IMG/VR virus record: IMGVR_UViG_3300028585_000023
Coordinates: 370 to 64,369 of that record
Source of the DNA: a virus
Direction: 5' to 3' (one strand)
Length of the DNA stretch: 64,000 bases
The notes below the pieces were generated by a model. The model was not told where the DNA came from, searched no databases, and saw only the letters and a program-made list of their open reading frames with translations. Numbering within the stretch: the first letter of the stretch is position 1; each line of letters opens with the position of its first letter. This document shows positions 56,501 to 64,000 of this stretch, piece by piece. A program made the position numbers and the translations under genes.

Positions 56501-57017
56501 TAAGACCATCAGCCACCCAGGTGCTGAACGCGATGCGGTCTTCCCAGCCATAGGTATCCATGAACATGTCATGGGTGTGATACGACGGCGGGTATGTCGC
56601 AGGACGGTTATTGATATTATCCCACAGGACATCACGCTCATCATTGATGATTGCCCACAACAAATTCTCAAGCGTAATTGAATTGAAAGTAAACAATCCA
56701 CCTACAACTTGATACTCGACAAAGATATCCCCAACGACCGTTTCATTGAGAATCTTGATAAAACAAGTACATGAACGCCCAGTCTTCTTAGAGGCTTCTG
56801 GGAAGTGATGTACAGGTTGGAAATCCACCCAAGGTTCAAGGTAGCTCCCATTTGGTAAACGTACCTTTACTGAGTCAGAAAAGAACGGACCTTCCAATGC
56901 GGCAATGATCTTGTTCTTAGGACCGGGGGTTAAGGTATGTCGTTCACCCCCAATCAAGTTCTGCGGATCTTTACCCGTAACATCAAATTTATATTTCGTA
57001 AGAATCGGGGTATTCAT
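53526..57017 (-). CDS. Tail fibre/baseplate protein (phiKZ gp131-like family)
   Basis: Start MNTPIL at 57017 (AGGAG SD); shares N- and C-terminal modules with neighbours. Confidence 0.78.
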   Translation of the reverse strand: MNTPILTKYKFDVTGKDPQNLIGGERHTLTPGPKNKIIAALEGPFFSDSVKVRLPNGSYLEPWVDFQPVHHFPEASKKTGRSCTCFIKILNETVVGDIFVEYQVVGGLFTFNSITLENLLWAIINDERDVLWDNINNRPATYPPSYHTHDMFMDTYGWEDRIAFSTWVADGLILRGENLNYEGFTNKVAVVLNQIKDLQASINGEILTHSTEDGNPHADTAKTFGIAKLQNLATADSIQAVEGLRPDLRLTVKGAQDILANALQGYSSNLVHQGNLPVTRFGNLNFLQPGIIGSFEGASMVDAHDHYAQVVENDGTYIRLRPGTNGESIALYYDYVTNIHRNINTFTVTNTNNKYTPSGLDQAYIPARLFDCQGDVIAGIMYNKAALPATSDYKYWIALTNGTLDSTKHNCAQISNAFFTMDDGSTQEFSPSWTQLCMVGSRIYVIHQNPNIATTMEAGGAISYNAIPQIYLGYINVADIIAGAAVTFTQITGWATTFLGQVRTAARSMQICDQVIGRSNQHVLVQYNGNQYAKAQYRSWPGGYGKMVANSDGTLTMLVDFTINVDGRNNSNISVFPIRFIIDVNAKTARPADTMNPFTVVDDTSSTLKMTVVTNGSNLNYFKLRGVNDGTAALSGDYHGSRLITKKGFSICTSRQQASNVGMRIDIQQIPNFVDADTYWRNPAAYTNVLFRTIGDGTSYGSEAKGNLRCPILFPNNRLGFWAFDGTNTYFASQPLVGNGDFQYKLIGLGNVQGFQPSNDRVRATVDRPSREIITEINGASVVTHCRAISDDAPTGPANIDPTLTTSGAISTDVNYLRAQGQRVLNQLGITAAKYRCILFVPTDGGMSLMLKVVGFTPAQANGITDTITAIATVSYGGARDGVLNGWTANLDDIISKPQSVGTTDISRILTTFGMLTYKVGGEYIVAMGGFYCPYTVGPANNLPLVYLKMTNGRISGNPSNQYFVSPYVDLLSNTPFALPGKGLFVTYSDTNYTVPVTPSAQSAVGPCAIVLAAQGENFDTIRQWTIPGNGTSVLLSQTVEQGWILYFAEPIPIILGGREYTIPITSIDLRTIKANPASTTYYVYIEVVDATTAKYTISATELTAETTRMFIGTVATNTSQINSINITKRSGINKYQISAIKAGSSIPVSTGLPQQTGNWSQT

Positions 57018-57069
57018 TGGATATCTCCTGGGATATCGGAAAGTGGGTGAGGGCATCACCCACTCACCC

Positions 57070-58332
57070 TTACCAGTTCAAATTCGCAGACTGAGATGGC
57101 AGACCCGCAGTTGCAGCAATCGCAGAACCAATCTTCGTTTCAGATACACGTGTGGTACCCAGACCAGAGATCTTGTTGATCGTGGCTGAAGTAATTGCGC
57201 TCGCACCACAAACGATACGACCCACGTTTACATACGTCGTTGTTTCGGGTGACGCCGCTTCTGCTACTTCATACGCAGCCTTACCATTACGAACGCGCAC
57301 ATAAAGGAAGAGAGTTTTATTCGCCGGTGCAGATACGAAGTCAGTCAGTTTAATACTGCTCGCCGGTAATACCCATTCGCGTGACGCCATGATAGCTGGC
57401 ACAACCGCGGTGATGTTCAGTACAAATCCATTAATCGTAAATGGAATCGCTGTTGTGCTTAGATCACCAAACTGCAACATTGGTACCCAGCCCACGTGCA
57501 CGATCGAATTGTCGTTCTTAAGCAGGGTATCGTAAGCTGCACCTGTTGCTGTCAAGGGGGACAGGAACTTATTCGACGCCGTGCCTGCAATCGCCTCGGC
57601 TAATGACGCCATGTCAAAGTCATCGACATTATTAAGTCCAACCAACATGCTCTTAGTGTCAACATGTGGATTGGTGTAATTACGACGGTGAGCAATGAAG
57701 GTGTTATAGATCGCGAGCAGGCGCACGGCGGTTGCTGCAAAAGAACTGTCCAACGAATCGATGTAGGACTGAATCGACGGTAAATGACTGATGTTCTGCA
57801 AGCAAACGTGGAAGCGTGCCATTGACTCAGTCATCGGCGCCCAGTTGTAAGTATCCTTTATATCCAGCGTGTGCGGAGATGGCGGGAACTTGTCTGGCTT
57901 ATCAAAGATATCATCCCAGTAGTACTTACGGTTATCGTTTGCAATTGCATCTAAGATATCCGTAAGGTCACGGTTAGAGATCCCTGATGGCAAGCCAACA
58001 GCCTGGTACGACGCATTCACCCGTCCTTTGAGATTATCATTAAGGATCATGATAAACGCTGCTGTAGACTTACCTGTCATTTCATCGAGGTTGAGTTCAG
58101 GGCGGTTATAAGGATAAACAGGTTTGTAGTCCGTCCATTTGGTCAGAGTATTACCGTTGTCATCCACTAACACCAAAGACTCAGAATAGAACGCACCATG
58201 CTTTAATACAATCGCACGGTTAGTCAGCTCATCTGGGATCTCGATGACATCATCGGTAATGTGGTTATCCTGACTGACACCTGTGATGTCGAATTCAAGT
58301 CGCACCACATCGGGAAACAGAGTCCCGGCCAT
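57070..58332 (-). CDS. Virion structural protein, same paralogue family without the large central domain
   Basis: Shared N-terminal, NPH..T and C-terminal modules. Confidence 0.75.
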   Translation of the reverse strand: MAGTLFPDVVRLEFDITGVSQDNHITDDVIEIPDELTNRAIVLKHGAFYSESLVLVDDNGNTLTKWTDYKPVYPYNRPELNLDEMTGKSTAAFIMILNDNLKGRVNASYQAVGLPSGISNRDLTDILDAIANDNRKYYWDDIFDKPDKFPPSPHTLDIKDTYNWAPMTESMARFHVCLQNISHLPSIQSYIDSLDSSFAATAVRLLAIYNTFIAHRRNYTNPHVDTKSMLVGLNNVDDFDMASLAEAIAGTASNKFLSPLTATGAAYDTLLKNDNSIVHVGWVPMLQFGDLSTTAIPFTINGFVLNITAVVPAIMASREWVLPASSIKLTDFVSAPANKTLFLYVRVRNGKAAYEVAEAASPETTTYVNVGRIVCGASAITSATINKISGLGTTRVSETKIGSAIAATAGLPSQSANLNW

Positions 58333-58333
58333 A

Positions 58334-59308
58334 TTAACCTCCTAACAGTCGTGCAAACGCCGTGTTGGTCGCAGGTGGCGTAATTACCGTGGTTGACCCG
58401 GTCGATGCTTTAATTAACATCTGTGCACGGTAGCTTTTCCACTGGGTAAAGTTACTGACCTCATCTGAAGTAAGTAGACCTGCATCATTTAGGATAGCGA
58501 GCTGTTGCACAATACTTGCTGACGATAACACATCAGAGACAACGGCTGACTTCAACGCCGTAACTGACGCACCGGAGTACATGTAGTTAAAAGCGCGCTT
58601 CACCATATCCAGTGACATCACAAGATCTGATCCCTGTGCGGGTAGATCGTCTACCGTGGCTGGCGCCCAGTTAGGCACGTTACCAATACCAAACTGCAGC
58701 TTGGTCATCTGGTGTGCGTTGCCTTCGGTATCAATATGTGTGTTAAGCGCCCCCACGTAACCATTGATTGCTGCGATAATAACACTCTTCAAACCATCCA
58801 GCTGTTCGATATAATCCATGTAGTTCAGCGTCTGATCTGCAGGATGCTGATGGTCAATCGGTGGATAAGTCGCTGGCGTATCGGCAATTTGCGACCAGTC
58901 GAGTTCACGTGGGTTATTAACGATGTTTGCAGCAAGTTCTGCGTACTTCGTCGAGTTCAGTACAAAGTCACCACCCAGGGTATCGTACGTGATCTGCACT
59001 TCGATCGGGGCGTCGAGTTCATTGAAGGTAATGCCACCGTACAAACCTTTATAGGTCAGGGCAGTAAACGGCGCAAAGAAATAACCTAAGGTAAAGTTCT
59101 GGTCTAACACCAACGGTTGATTCGTTGCCACGTTGATAATCTTTACCGTGCTGCGAAAGAAAGGTGCAGCGCGTGGAATGATCGTTACATAGTTCACACC
59201 GTTCGCAGGAGTCAACGTATGGTTCTCTACAATGCCTTGTGCCCCGGCAACGTTGTTCAGGGGGTTGTATGGGTAGACAACGTCTCCCACGGAAATCTGT
59301 TGAGCCAT
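58334..59308 (-). CDS. Virion structural protein, N-terminal-module paralogue
   Basis: Start MAQQIS at 59308; ENHTLTP, APFF, YPPIDHQHP, GNAH motifs. Confidence 0.75.
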   Translation of the reverse strand: MAQQISVGDVVYPYNPLNNVAGAQGIVENHTLTPANGVNYVTIIPRAAPFFRSTVKIINVATNQPLVLDQNFTLGYFFAPFTALTYKGLYGGITFNELDAPIEVQITYDTLGGDFVLNSTKYAELAANIVNNPRELDWSQIADTPATYPPIDHQHPADQTLNYMDYIEQLDGLKSVIIAAINGYVGALNTHIDTEGNAHQMTKLQFGIGNVPNWAPATVDDLPAQGSDLVMSLDMVKRAFNYMYSGASVTALKSAVVSDVLSSASIVQQLAILNDAGLLTSDEVSNFTQWKSYRAQMLIKASTGSTTVITPPATNTAFARLLGG

Positions 59309-59391
59309 GTCGGTCTCCAAGTAATTTTATAGCTTAGGTGTAATTAGTAATGAACACATATGATTGATTTTTCAAACTAAGGGCGGAGCGC

Positions 59392-60621
59392 ATGTACAAC
59401 TACGTTGCCTGTATTTCTCAAACCGTGGGCAAGCGCCCGAAATTAGTTGATGACGATATCTCGTCCATGCAGCTGAAAACGGTATTGCAGACCTATAGTC
59501 AAAACCGGGTCATATTATCATCACCCTTCTTAAAGAAGGATGTGTGCCTGGTGCTGCAAGACTACTATAATGAAGTCGCTGCATTTAATGGAACTATTGT
59601 GCAGTGGTTAGCTTCCATTGGTAACCGCGCACTGACTACCAGTGAAACATTGCCGAACCTCACTAAGAAGTTCGCTTTGTTCAACAACCTCAATGAGTAT
59701 TGGTTTACTCAGAGACCAACGAACATCAACTCGTCATTGAAGCGTGAGTTTTCCTACGCAGATTCTGACGACGTGATCTTGATGAAAGAAGGTGTCGATT
59801 ATCCAAAGTTGTTTAATTGCGCACTCTTTACAGTCAATGGATACCTGCATCGGAGTTCATTAGCCGATGAAGGGATTTATCTGATTGATGCGTGTAAAAA
59901 CGCCAAGATCAGTAATGATGTGAAAACCGGTGTTTTGACGTTTCACAATGTCAGCACCCTAAACTGTTATGGTATTACTGCTGATCAGTTCTTGCCGTCC
60001 GATGAATTCAACCCCTATCGTGAAACGATTATGCTTTCCCCTCCGTTTAATACCAAAGGGAAACAAGTGGGGATTGTTATCGGCGGTGTGTTATATCTGC
60101 AGGATAATGTCGTCTCAGTGATTGGTGAAAAACTCGTAAGCTTGTCAACGGTAAATGTTGATTGGATTGGCCGCTATTTCTATGACCGTGAATTCATAGA
60201 CCTATCTACGATCCCGGCTAACATTAACCCTGATTCGCCTCGGGTAATTGGCAAAGGCGATTACCAGAAGGATGACTTCTATAAAGCCTGGTTACTCTTA
60301 TCTACCAGTTTCTGGGTGGTCTTCGATAATCCGCTCTTAGAAGTGGAGCAGATCCCATTAGAAACGCACAGATGGCCTGGTATGTTTACAGTGCCCGATA
60401 ACACTCGCATCCCTATTCAGTTGAACAACGGGGTGATGGCGGAGCCTTTGCTACGTCCTGGCGAGAATCGCTCACGGCTGTATACCTTGCATCATCGCAG
60501 GCGATCAGCACTCAATACCACCGTGCAGTATAAGAACGAGGGTATTGTAACGGACTATGCACTGATGCCTAAACCTTGGCGGTACGCCAAAGCTTGGTGG
60601 TTGAAAATATCTACCTACTAG
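59392..60621 (+). CDS. Probable virion structural protein
   Basis: 409 aa in the structural region; LFTVNGYLH and IGGVLYL patterns typical of phiKZ-like virion proteins as recalled. Confidence 0.6.
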   Translation: MYNYVACISQTVGKRPKLVDDDISSMQLKTVLQTYSQNRVILSSPFLKKDVCLVLQDYYNEVAAFNGTIVQWLASIGNRALTTSETLPNLTKKFALFNNLNEYWFTQRPTNINSSLKREFSYADSDDVILMKEGVDYPKLFNCALFTVNGYLHRSSLADEGIYLIDACKNAKISNDVKTGVLTFHNVSTLNCYGITADQFLPSDEFNPYRETIMLSPPFNTKGKQVGIVIGGVLYLQDNVVSVIGEKLVSLSTVNVDWIGRYFYDREFIDLSTIPANINPDSPRVIGKGDYQKDDFYKAWLLLSTSFWVVFDNPLLEVEQIPLETHRWPGMFTVPDNTRIPIQLNNGVMAEPLLRPGENRSRLYTLHHRRRSALNTTVQYKNEGIVTDYALMPKPWRYAKAWWLKISTY

Positions 60622-60630
60622 GATCGTGTT

Positions 60631-61092
60631 ATGCTTACACTGCTGAAAGAGTTGTTAATAAAAAACTTCATGCCCATTCTGGTTGCTCTAGCGCTCGGCG
60701 TGGCAATTTACTTTCTTTGGTCAACGGCAACTACGGTTGCGGTATTGGGTGAAGAGCAAAAGAAATTGTCGCAAGACGTGAAGCAACTCGGTACGCAAAT
60801 GAATGAACTAAAGGTCCTCGGGGAGCAGACGAGGGACATCCAGCGAGAACAGATGGCGCTTACTAAGCGGATAGGAGATTCGTATGATAAAGACACGCAA
60901 ACTGCCGATGCTTATACCAGCAGTGCTCTTGGTGCTGTTAGTGACGGTACTTTCCGGTTGCGAATCAAAAAGCCAAGTGCCACTGTCGTCCCCTACCGTC
61001 CAGTTGCTGGGTCAAACGGTACTGCAAGTCCAGGAGCCGCCGGCTCCCCTGATGCGACCAGCGGCTCCGACAGTTCAAAAGCGTATCATTGA
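60631..61092 (+). CDS. Inner-membrane spanin (Rz-like)
   Basis: N-terminal TM, coiled coil, DGTFRLRI motif, overlapping lipoprotein gene. Confidence 0.75.
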   Translation: MLTLLKELLIKNFMPILVALALGVAIYFLWSTATTVAVLGEEQKKLSQDVKQLGTQMNELKVLGEQTRDIQREQMALTKRIGDSYDKDTQTADAYTSSALGAVSDGTFRLRIKKPSATVVPYRPVAGSNGTASPGAAGSPDATSGSDSSKAYH

Positions 61093-61402
61093 TCGATTTG
61101 GTTCAGGTGACGTTCCTGCCATAGCGCCTACAAGTGTTCCAGCAGGTGCAACCTCAGTCACTACTGCGGTGAGCGCACCTTTACCAGAGGTCAATACCAA
61201 TGTAACAAGTATGCTCGTGCAAGATGACGACTACTTGTATTTTCCACCTGAAGATAGTCGATTTCTTCTTAACCTAGGTGCAGAGGCAGACGACACTGCT
61301 CGTCGTCTGAACAGTCTGCAGGATTACACCAATGGATTACTGGCTGCAATTAAGCGGTTAAATGATCTGAAAGTCAATCCAACTTCAGGGGCATCGAAAT
61401 AG
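60884..61402 (+). CDS. Outer-membrane spanin lipoprotein (Rz1-like)
   Basis: AGGAG SD at 60873; MIKTRK + hydrophobic core + lipobox LSGC; Pro-rich; starts inside the Rz-like gene in the +1 frame. Confidence 0.78.
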   Translation: MIKTRKLPMLIPAVLLVLLVTVLSGCESKSQVPLSSPTVQLLGQTVLQVQEPPAPLMRPAAPTVQKRIIDRFGSGDVPAIAPTSVPAGATSVTTAVSAPLPEVNTNVTSMLVQDDDYLYFPPEDSRFLLNLGAEADDTARRLNSLQDYTNGLLAAIKRLNDLKVNPTSGASK

Positions 61403-61410
61403 CTAACCGA

Positions 61411-61463
61411 CGGCATAAAACAAGACAGAGGGCCTCCGCAAGGAAGCTCTCTGTCTTTATGCC
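61411..61463. terminator. Bidirectional terminator with TATGCC on both strands
   Basis: GGCATAAAAC-AAGACAGAGGGC...GCTCTCTGTCTT-TATGCC between convergent genes. Confidence 0.82.
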
Positions 61464-61485
61464 GATTAAATCAGTTCAGTGGAAT

Positions 61486-61986
61486 TCATCGCGCATCCTC
61501 ACTAGGCGGTACTGGCGGTACGTTCTGGGCAAACCCTGGTGGTGGCTCAGGATAGTTGATCGGTTGTTGTGCCGGTGGCATTGGCGCGGTGTTCTGCTTT
61601 GGCGCTGGGTTGTAATCAAACCCCATACGTTTTGCAATCACCTCTTTCGCAATTCCGCCTAAACCCAATCCATTCTCATTAGAAAGGAGTGAGGTTAGGA
61701 TTTTGCGTACACCCATGAACTGCCAGGATGTCAACACCGGTCCGATCAATACCATCATCACAACACCGATACCAACGTTCGGCGGCCATGACCCATTGCG
61801 CCAAACATGGATGGTCATGTTAGCGAAAAAGGCAGCGGCACACAGGCACGTTGTCAGAACTGCAAGCACACCTGAGAAGATCATTGCCTTTACAACTGGC
61901 GGATGCACCGTCTGAATAACTGGCGTGATCACGTCGGAGGGATCAACATCTGGCATAATTGTATCGTCATCTTTCTGTGTAGTCAT
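61486..61986 (-). CDS. 2-TM membrane protein, holin candidate
   Basis: Likely start MTTQKDD at 61986 (GGAG SD); two TMs; adjacent to spanins. Confidence 0.5.
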   Translation of the reverse strand: MTTQKDDDTIMPDVDPSDVITPVIQTVHPPVVKAMIFSGVLAVLTTCLCAAAFFANMTIHVWRNGSWPPNVGIGVVMMVLIGPVLTSWQFMGVRKILTSLLSNENGLGLGGIAKEVIAKRMGFDYNPAPKQNTAPMPPAQQPINYPEPPPGFAQNVPPVPPSEDAR

Positions 61987-61987
61987 T

Positions 61988-62593
61988 TTATCTCCAAGTG
62001 CCTGCACGAATGGCATCCGAGATCTGGTCTAATGCATAAATACCAATAGCGACCGAGTCAACAGCATGCTCACTCATTTCGGCAAGACTTTGCGGCGGAA
62101 CCTTTAATTTTTCAGACTTCATAAGTCCCTGTCGCACTAACTCCTTATCATGCTTCTGTCCACGCGGAGCAATGGCATTTACTGCGCCTTTAGCCTGCAT
62201 TGGAGAGATTTCATAAAATGGCATATAAGGGTTATACATCCACGTTGCACGCTTGATTGCCTCGACGGCCTGGATGAGGGCTTTAAAGGCCTGTGGGGAG
62301 TGCCTGAGGAAGTTATCTTCGTAAACCACGACATGTGGGTTGACTGTTCCAAAGTAGCGCAGGAGCGCTTCTGAGAGCCCCATGATGCGTGCTTCACGTT
62401 GACGGTCTTCTTCGTACTGATATCCCGAGCGATAGTTCAATAACGAACCATATAACGTAAAGGATTCCTTCCAGTTCATCTCAAGGGTAAGTGGGTTCAA
62501 CCCGAGCAGACTTACGCCCATGGTATCCGTACCGGGGTCGATTGATACTAACAACAAATCACTAGGATCACGACCATCTTGAAACACCATCAT
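61988..62593 (-). CDS. ruvC: RuvC-like Holliday junction resolvase
   Basis: VSIDPG, VVVYED, SPMQAKGAV, DKELVR, EHAVDSVAIG. Confidence 0.85.
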   Translation of the reverse strand: MMVFQDGRDPSDLLLVSIDPGTDTMGVSLLGLNPLTLEMNWKESFTLYGSLLNYRSGYQYEEDRQREARIMGLSEALLRYFGTVNPHVVVYEDNFLRHSPQAFKALIQAVEAIKRATWMYNPYMPFYEISPMQAKGAVNAIAPRGQKHDKELVRQGLMKSEKLKVPPQSLAEMSEHAVDSVAIGIYALDQISDAIRAGTWR

Positions 62594-62606
62594 ACAACTC
62601 CCTAAA

Positions 62607-62626
62607 GGGAGCCCGTAAGGACTCCC
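62607..62626 (-). terminator. Stem-loop between the structural gene and ruvC
   Basis: GGGAGTCC-TTAC-GGGCTCCC then TTT. Confidence 0.6.
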
Positions 62627-62636
62627 TCATCAACTA

Positions 62637-63503
62637 CTATGGATCAATTTCAACCGTGTAGCCAATTGCCAGATAACCACCGACATCACCAACACCACTT
62701 AACTTAAGAATCAAGTAGTTAGTCGCATCACCTTTAATGTGTCCGTATGCAGCAGGAACATTTGTCTTAACACCGTTGTAGATAACTTCGGCATTATAAA
62801 GGCTAGCGCCAGTCTGACGGAACCCCCATTCGATGTTGGTGTACTCTGAGAGCAAATCAGCAATGGACCAATCGTCTTGAGATGGGATTGCCATCTTGTA
62901 GCCGACTTTCTCATTACGTAATGCTTCATTATTACCACTGAACACCGAGTAGTTAGTTCCATAGCTCAACAGCGGGCCCTGCATCTTCGTCGTATCTGCA
63001 GAAGGATAATTCAACCCGGTCAGTGAGGTACGCTTAATCACGTACGCCAAGTCAGTGGTTGGATCTTCTGCATAGATGTAGATGTTATCCTGGGTGTTTT
63101 TGTAAACCCAAGAGGTAGGTTTCACACGAATCTGCAGTTTCCAGATAGACTCGGTGGTATCGACCGTTGTGAGATACAGATCATCAGTTGTCAACTGCAG
63201 ACCGTAACGTGCAATCAACGCGGGCAGAATGCTGTGACTGGTTGAGTTTGCCTGTAAAGGAATGGTCAGGTGTTGATTAAGCCAATGCTTAGACAGGTCA
63301 AGCTTACCGAACTTGATGGTCTTCTTACGATAATAGACATCAGGATCGGCTGGGGCGATATCCGCTTGTGCATCAAACTCCCCGTCACCGGCGATATTCT
63401 GGAAATTGATGATCTTAGAGGCGCCAGGAATCAACGTGACATTGTTGTGCCCTGCGGCTAACTCCTTGATCAAGGTTTGTGCGTCTTTACCAAGAATGTT
63501 CAT
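62637..63503 (-). CDS. Probable virion structural protein
   Basis: 288 aa; IL..L...YGL.L...D and TSLTGLNYP patterns; located among structural genes. Confidence 0.6.
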   Translation of the reverse strand: MNILGKDAQTLIKELAAGHNNVTLIPGASKIINFQNIAGDGEFDAQADIAPADPDVYYRKKTIKFGKLDLSKHWLNQHLTIPLQANSTSHSILPALIARYGLQLTTDDLYLTTVDTTESIWKLQIRVKPTSWVYKNTQDNIYIYAEDPTTDLAYVIKRTSLTGLNYPSADTTKMQGPLLSYGTNYSVFSGNNEALRNEKVGYKMAIPSQDDWSIADLLSEYTNIEWGFRQTGASLYNAEVIYNGVKTNVPAAYGHIKGDATNYLILKLSGVGDVGGYLAIGYTVEIDP

Positions 63504-63515
63504 GTCGCCCTCTTA

Positions 63516-64000
63516 TTAAACAGTGGTGGCATTCACACCGCTGTCAGCCAGCAACGGTTCAGTCGCGCCGTAGTTAACCAGGCAGGTGATGCCTTTGTCA
63601 TCATCGTCCGCACCGGATCCACGGTTGGTCATGAAGTCAACGATCTGCGCTGCGATCACTTCGGTGTACTGGATCGTGCCACCCTGGCCATTTGAACCTT
63701 GAGCTGGAACATCAACACCAGATACCAGACCATACTCAGAGACTAAAGCATATGCTTCATCTTTGAACAGGATACGCGCAACATCAAGCAACTCTGCGCA
63801 GTCAACTTCATTTAATGAGATATCCAGTTCAGCATTGGCTGACAGGAATATCGTGGAAGTCACAACCTGGTTGCTGTTGTTGGTATTGATATCGGGCTGC
63901 TGCGGGTTCAGTGCTGATGCATCAGGCACATAGTCCGTGGTGGTGATCAGACCGTTTGGATCGCGCACGTTCTTTTGTGAGCGCACCGTGACGTTACTGA
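63516..64000 (-). CDS. Probable virion/baseplate structural protein (5' end lies beyond the window)
   Basis: Frame is open to the window edge; C-terminal SEYGLVSGVD...YTEVIAAQI. Confidence 0.6.
   Translation of the reverse strand, partial: SNVTVRSQKNVRDPNGLITTTDYVPDASALNPQQPDINTNNSNQVVTSTIFLSANAELDISLNEVDCAELLDVARILFKDEAYALVSEYGLVSGVDVPAQGSNGQGGTIQYTEVIAAQIVDFMTNRGSGADDDDKGITCLVNYGATEPLLADSGVNATTV

Noticed and set aside
50451-59308. Diversity-generating retroelement or invertible tail-fibre cassette
   Set aside because: Similarity among paralogues is at protein level only; no reverse transcriptase, near-identical TR/VR pair, invertase or flanking inverted repeats seen.
1-64000. CRISPR array or mini-array
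   Set aside because: The recurring GGCATAA-hairpin elements are dispersed at gene ends with variable stems, not regularly spaced direct repeats.

Overview
64 kb fragment of a large lytic phage genome, most likely a phiKZ-related jumbo phage infecting an enterobacterium (Erwinia/Pantoea-like host inferred from an AmsF/WceF homologue). Positions 1-49.4 kb are an almost entirely minus-strand block of metabolic and accessory genes: NrdB (partial), RNA 2'-phosphotransferase KptA/Tpt1, a YadA-type trimeric autotransporter, AmsF-like protein, HD hydrolase, ThyA, DEDDh exonuclease, HslV-like Ntn protein, RtcB, DRB0094/Rnl5-type RNA ligase, HNH endonuclease, SspB, GNAT, QueC-like PP-loop protein, signal-peptide transglycosylase, SbcC, and many small hypothetical and membrane proteins. 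Positions 49.4-64 kb are virion and lysis genes: central spike, four paralogous tail/baseplate proteins, an overlapping spanin pair, a holin candidate and RuvC. Regulatory grammar is visible: phiKZ-like CTA(C/T)ATTAC early-type promoters and hairpin terminators, many followed by TATGC. No tRNA, rRNA, CRISPR array, integrase or transposase was recognised. Most interesting: a multi-enzyme RNA end-repair toolkit, a promoter- and terminator-bounded surface adhesin gene next to an EPS-modifying enzyme, host proteolysis modulators, an apparently C-terminus-swapped spanin pair and several structured non-coding elements. All family calls come from motif recognition by eye; no database search was run.
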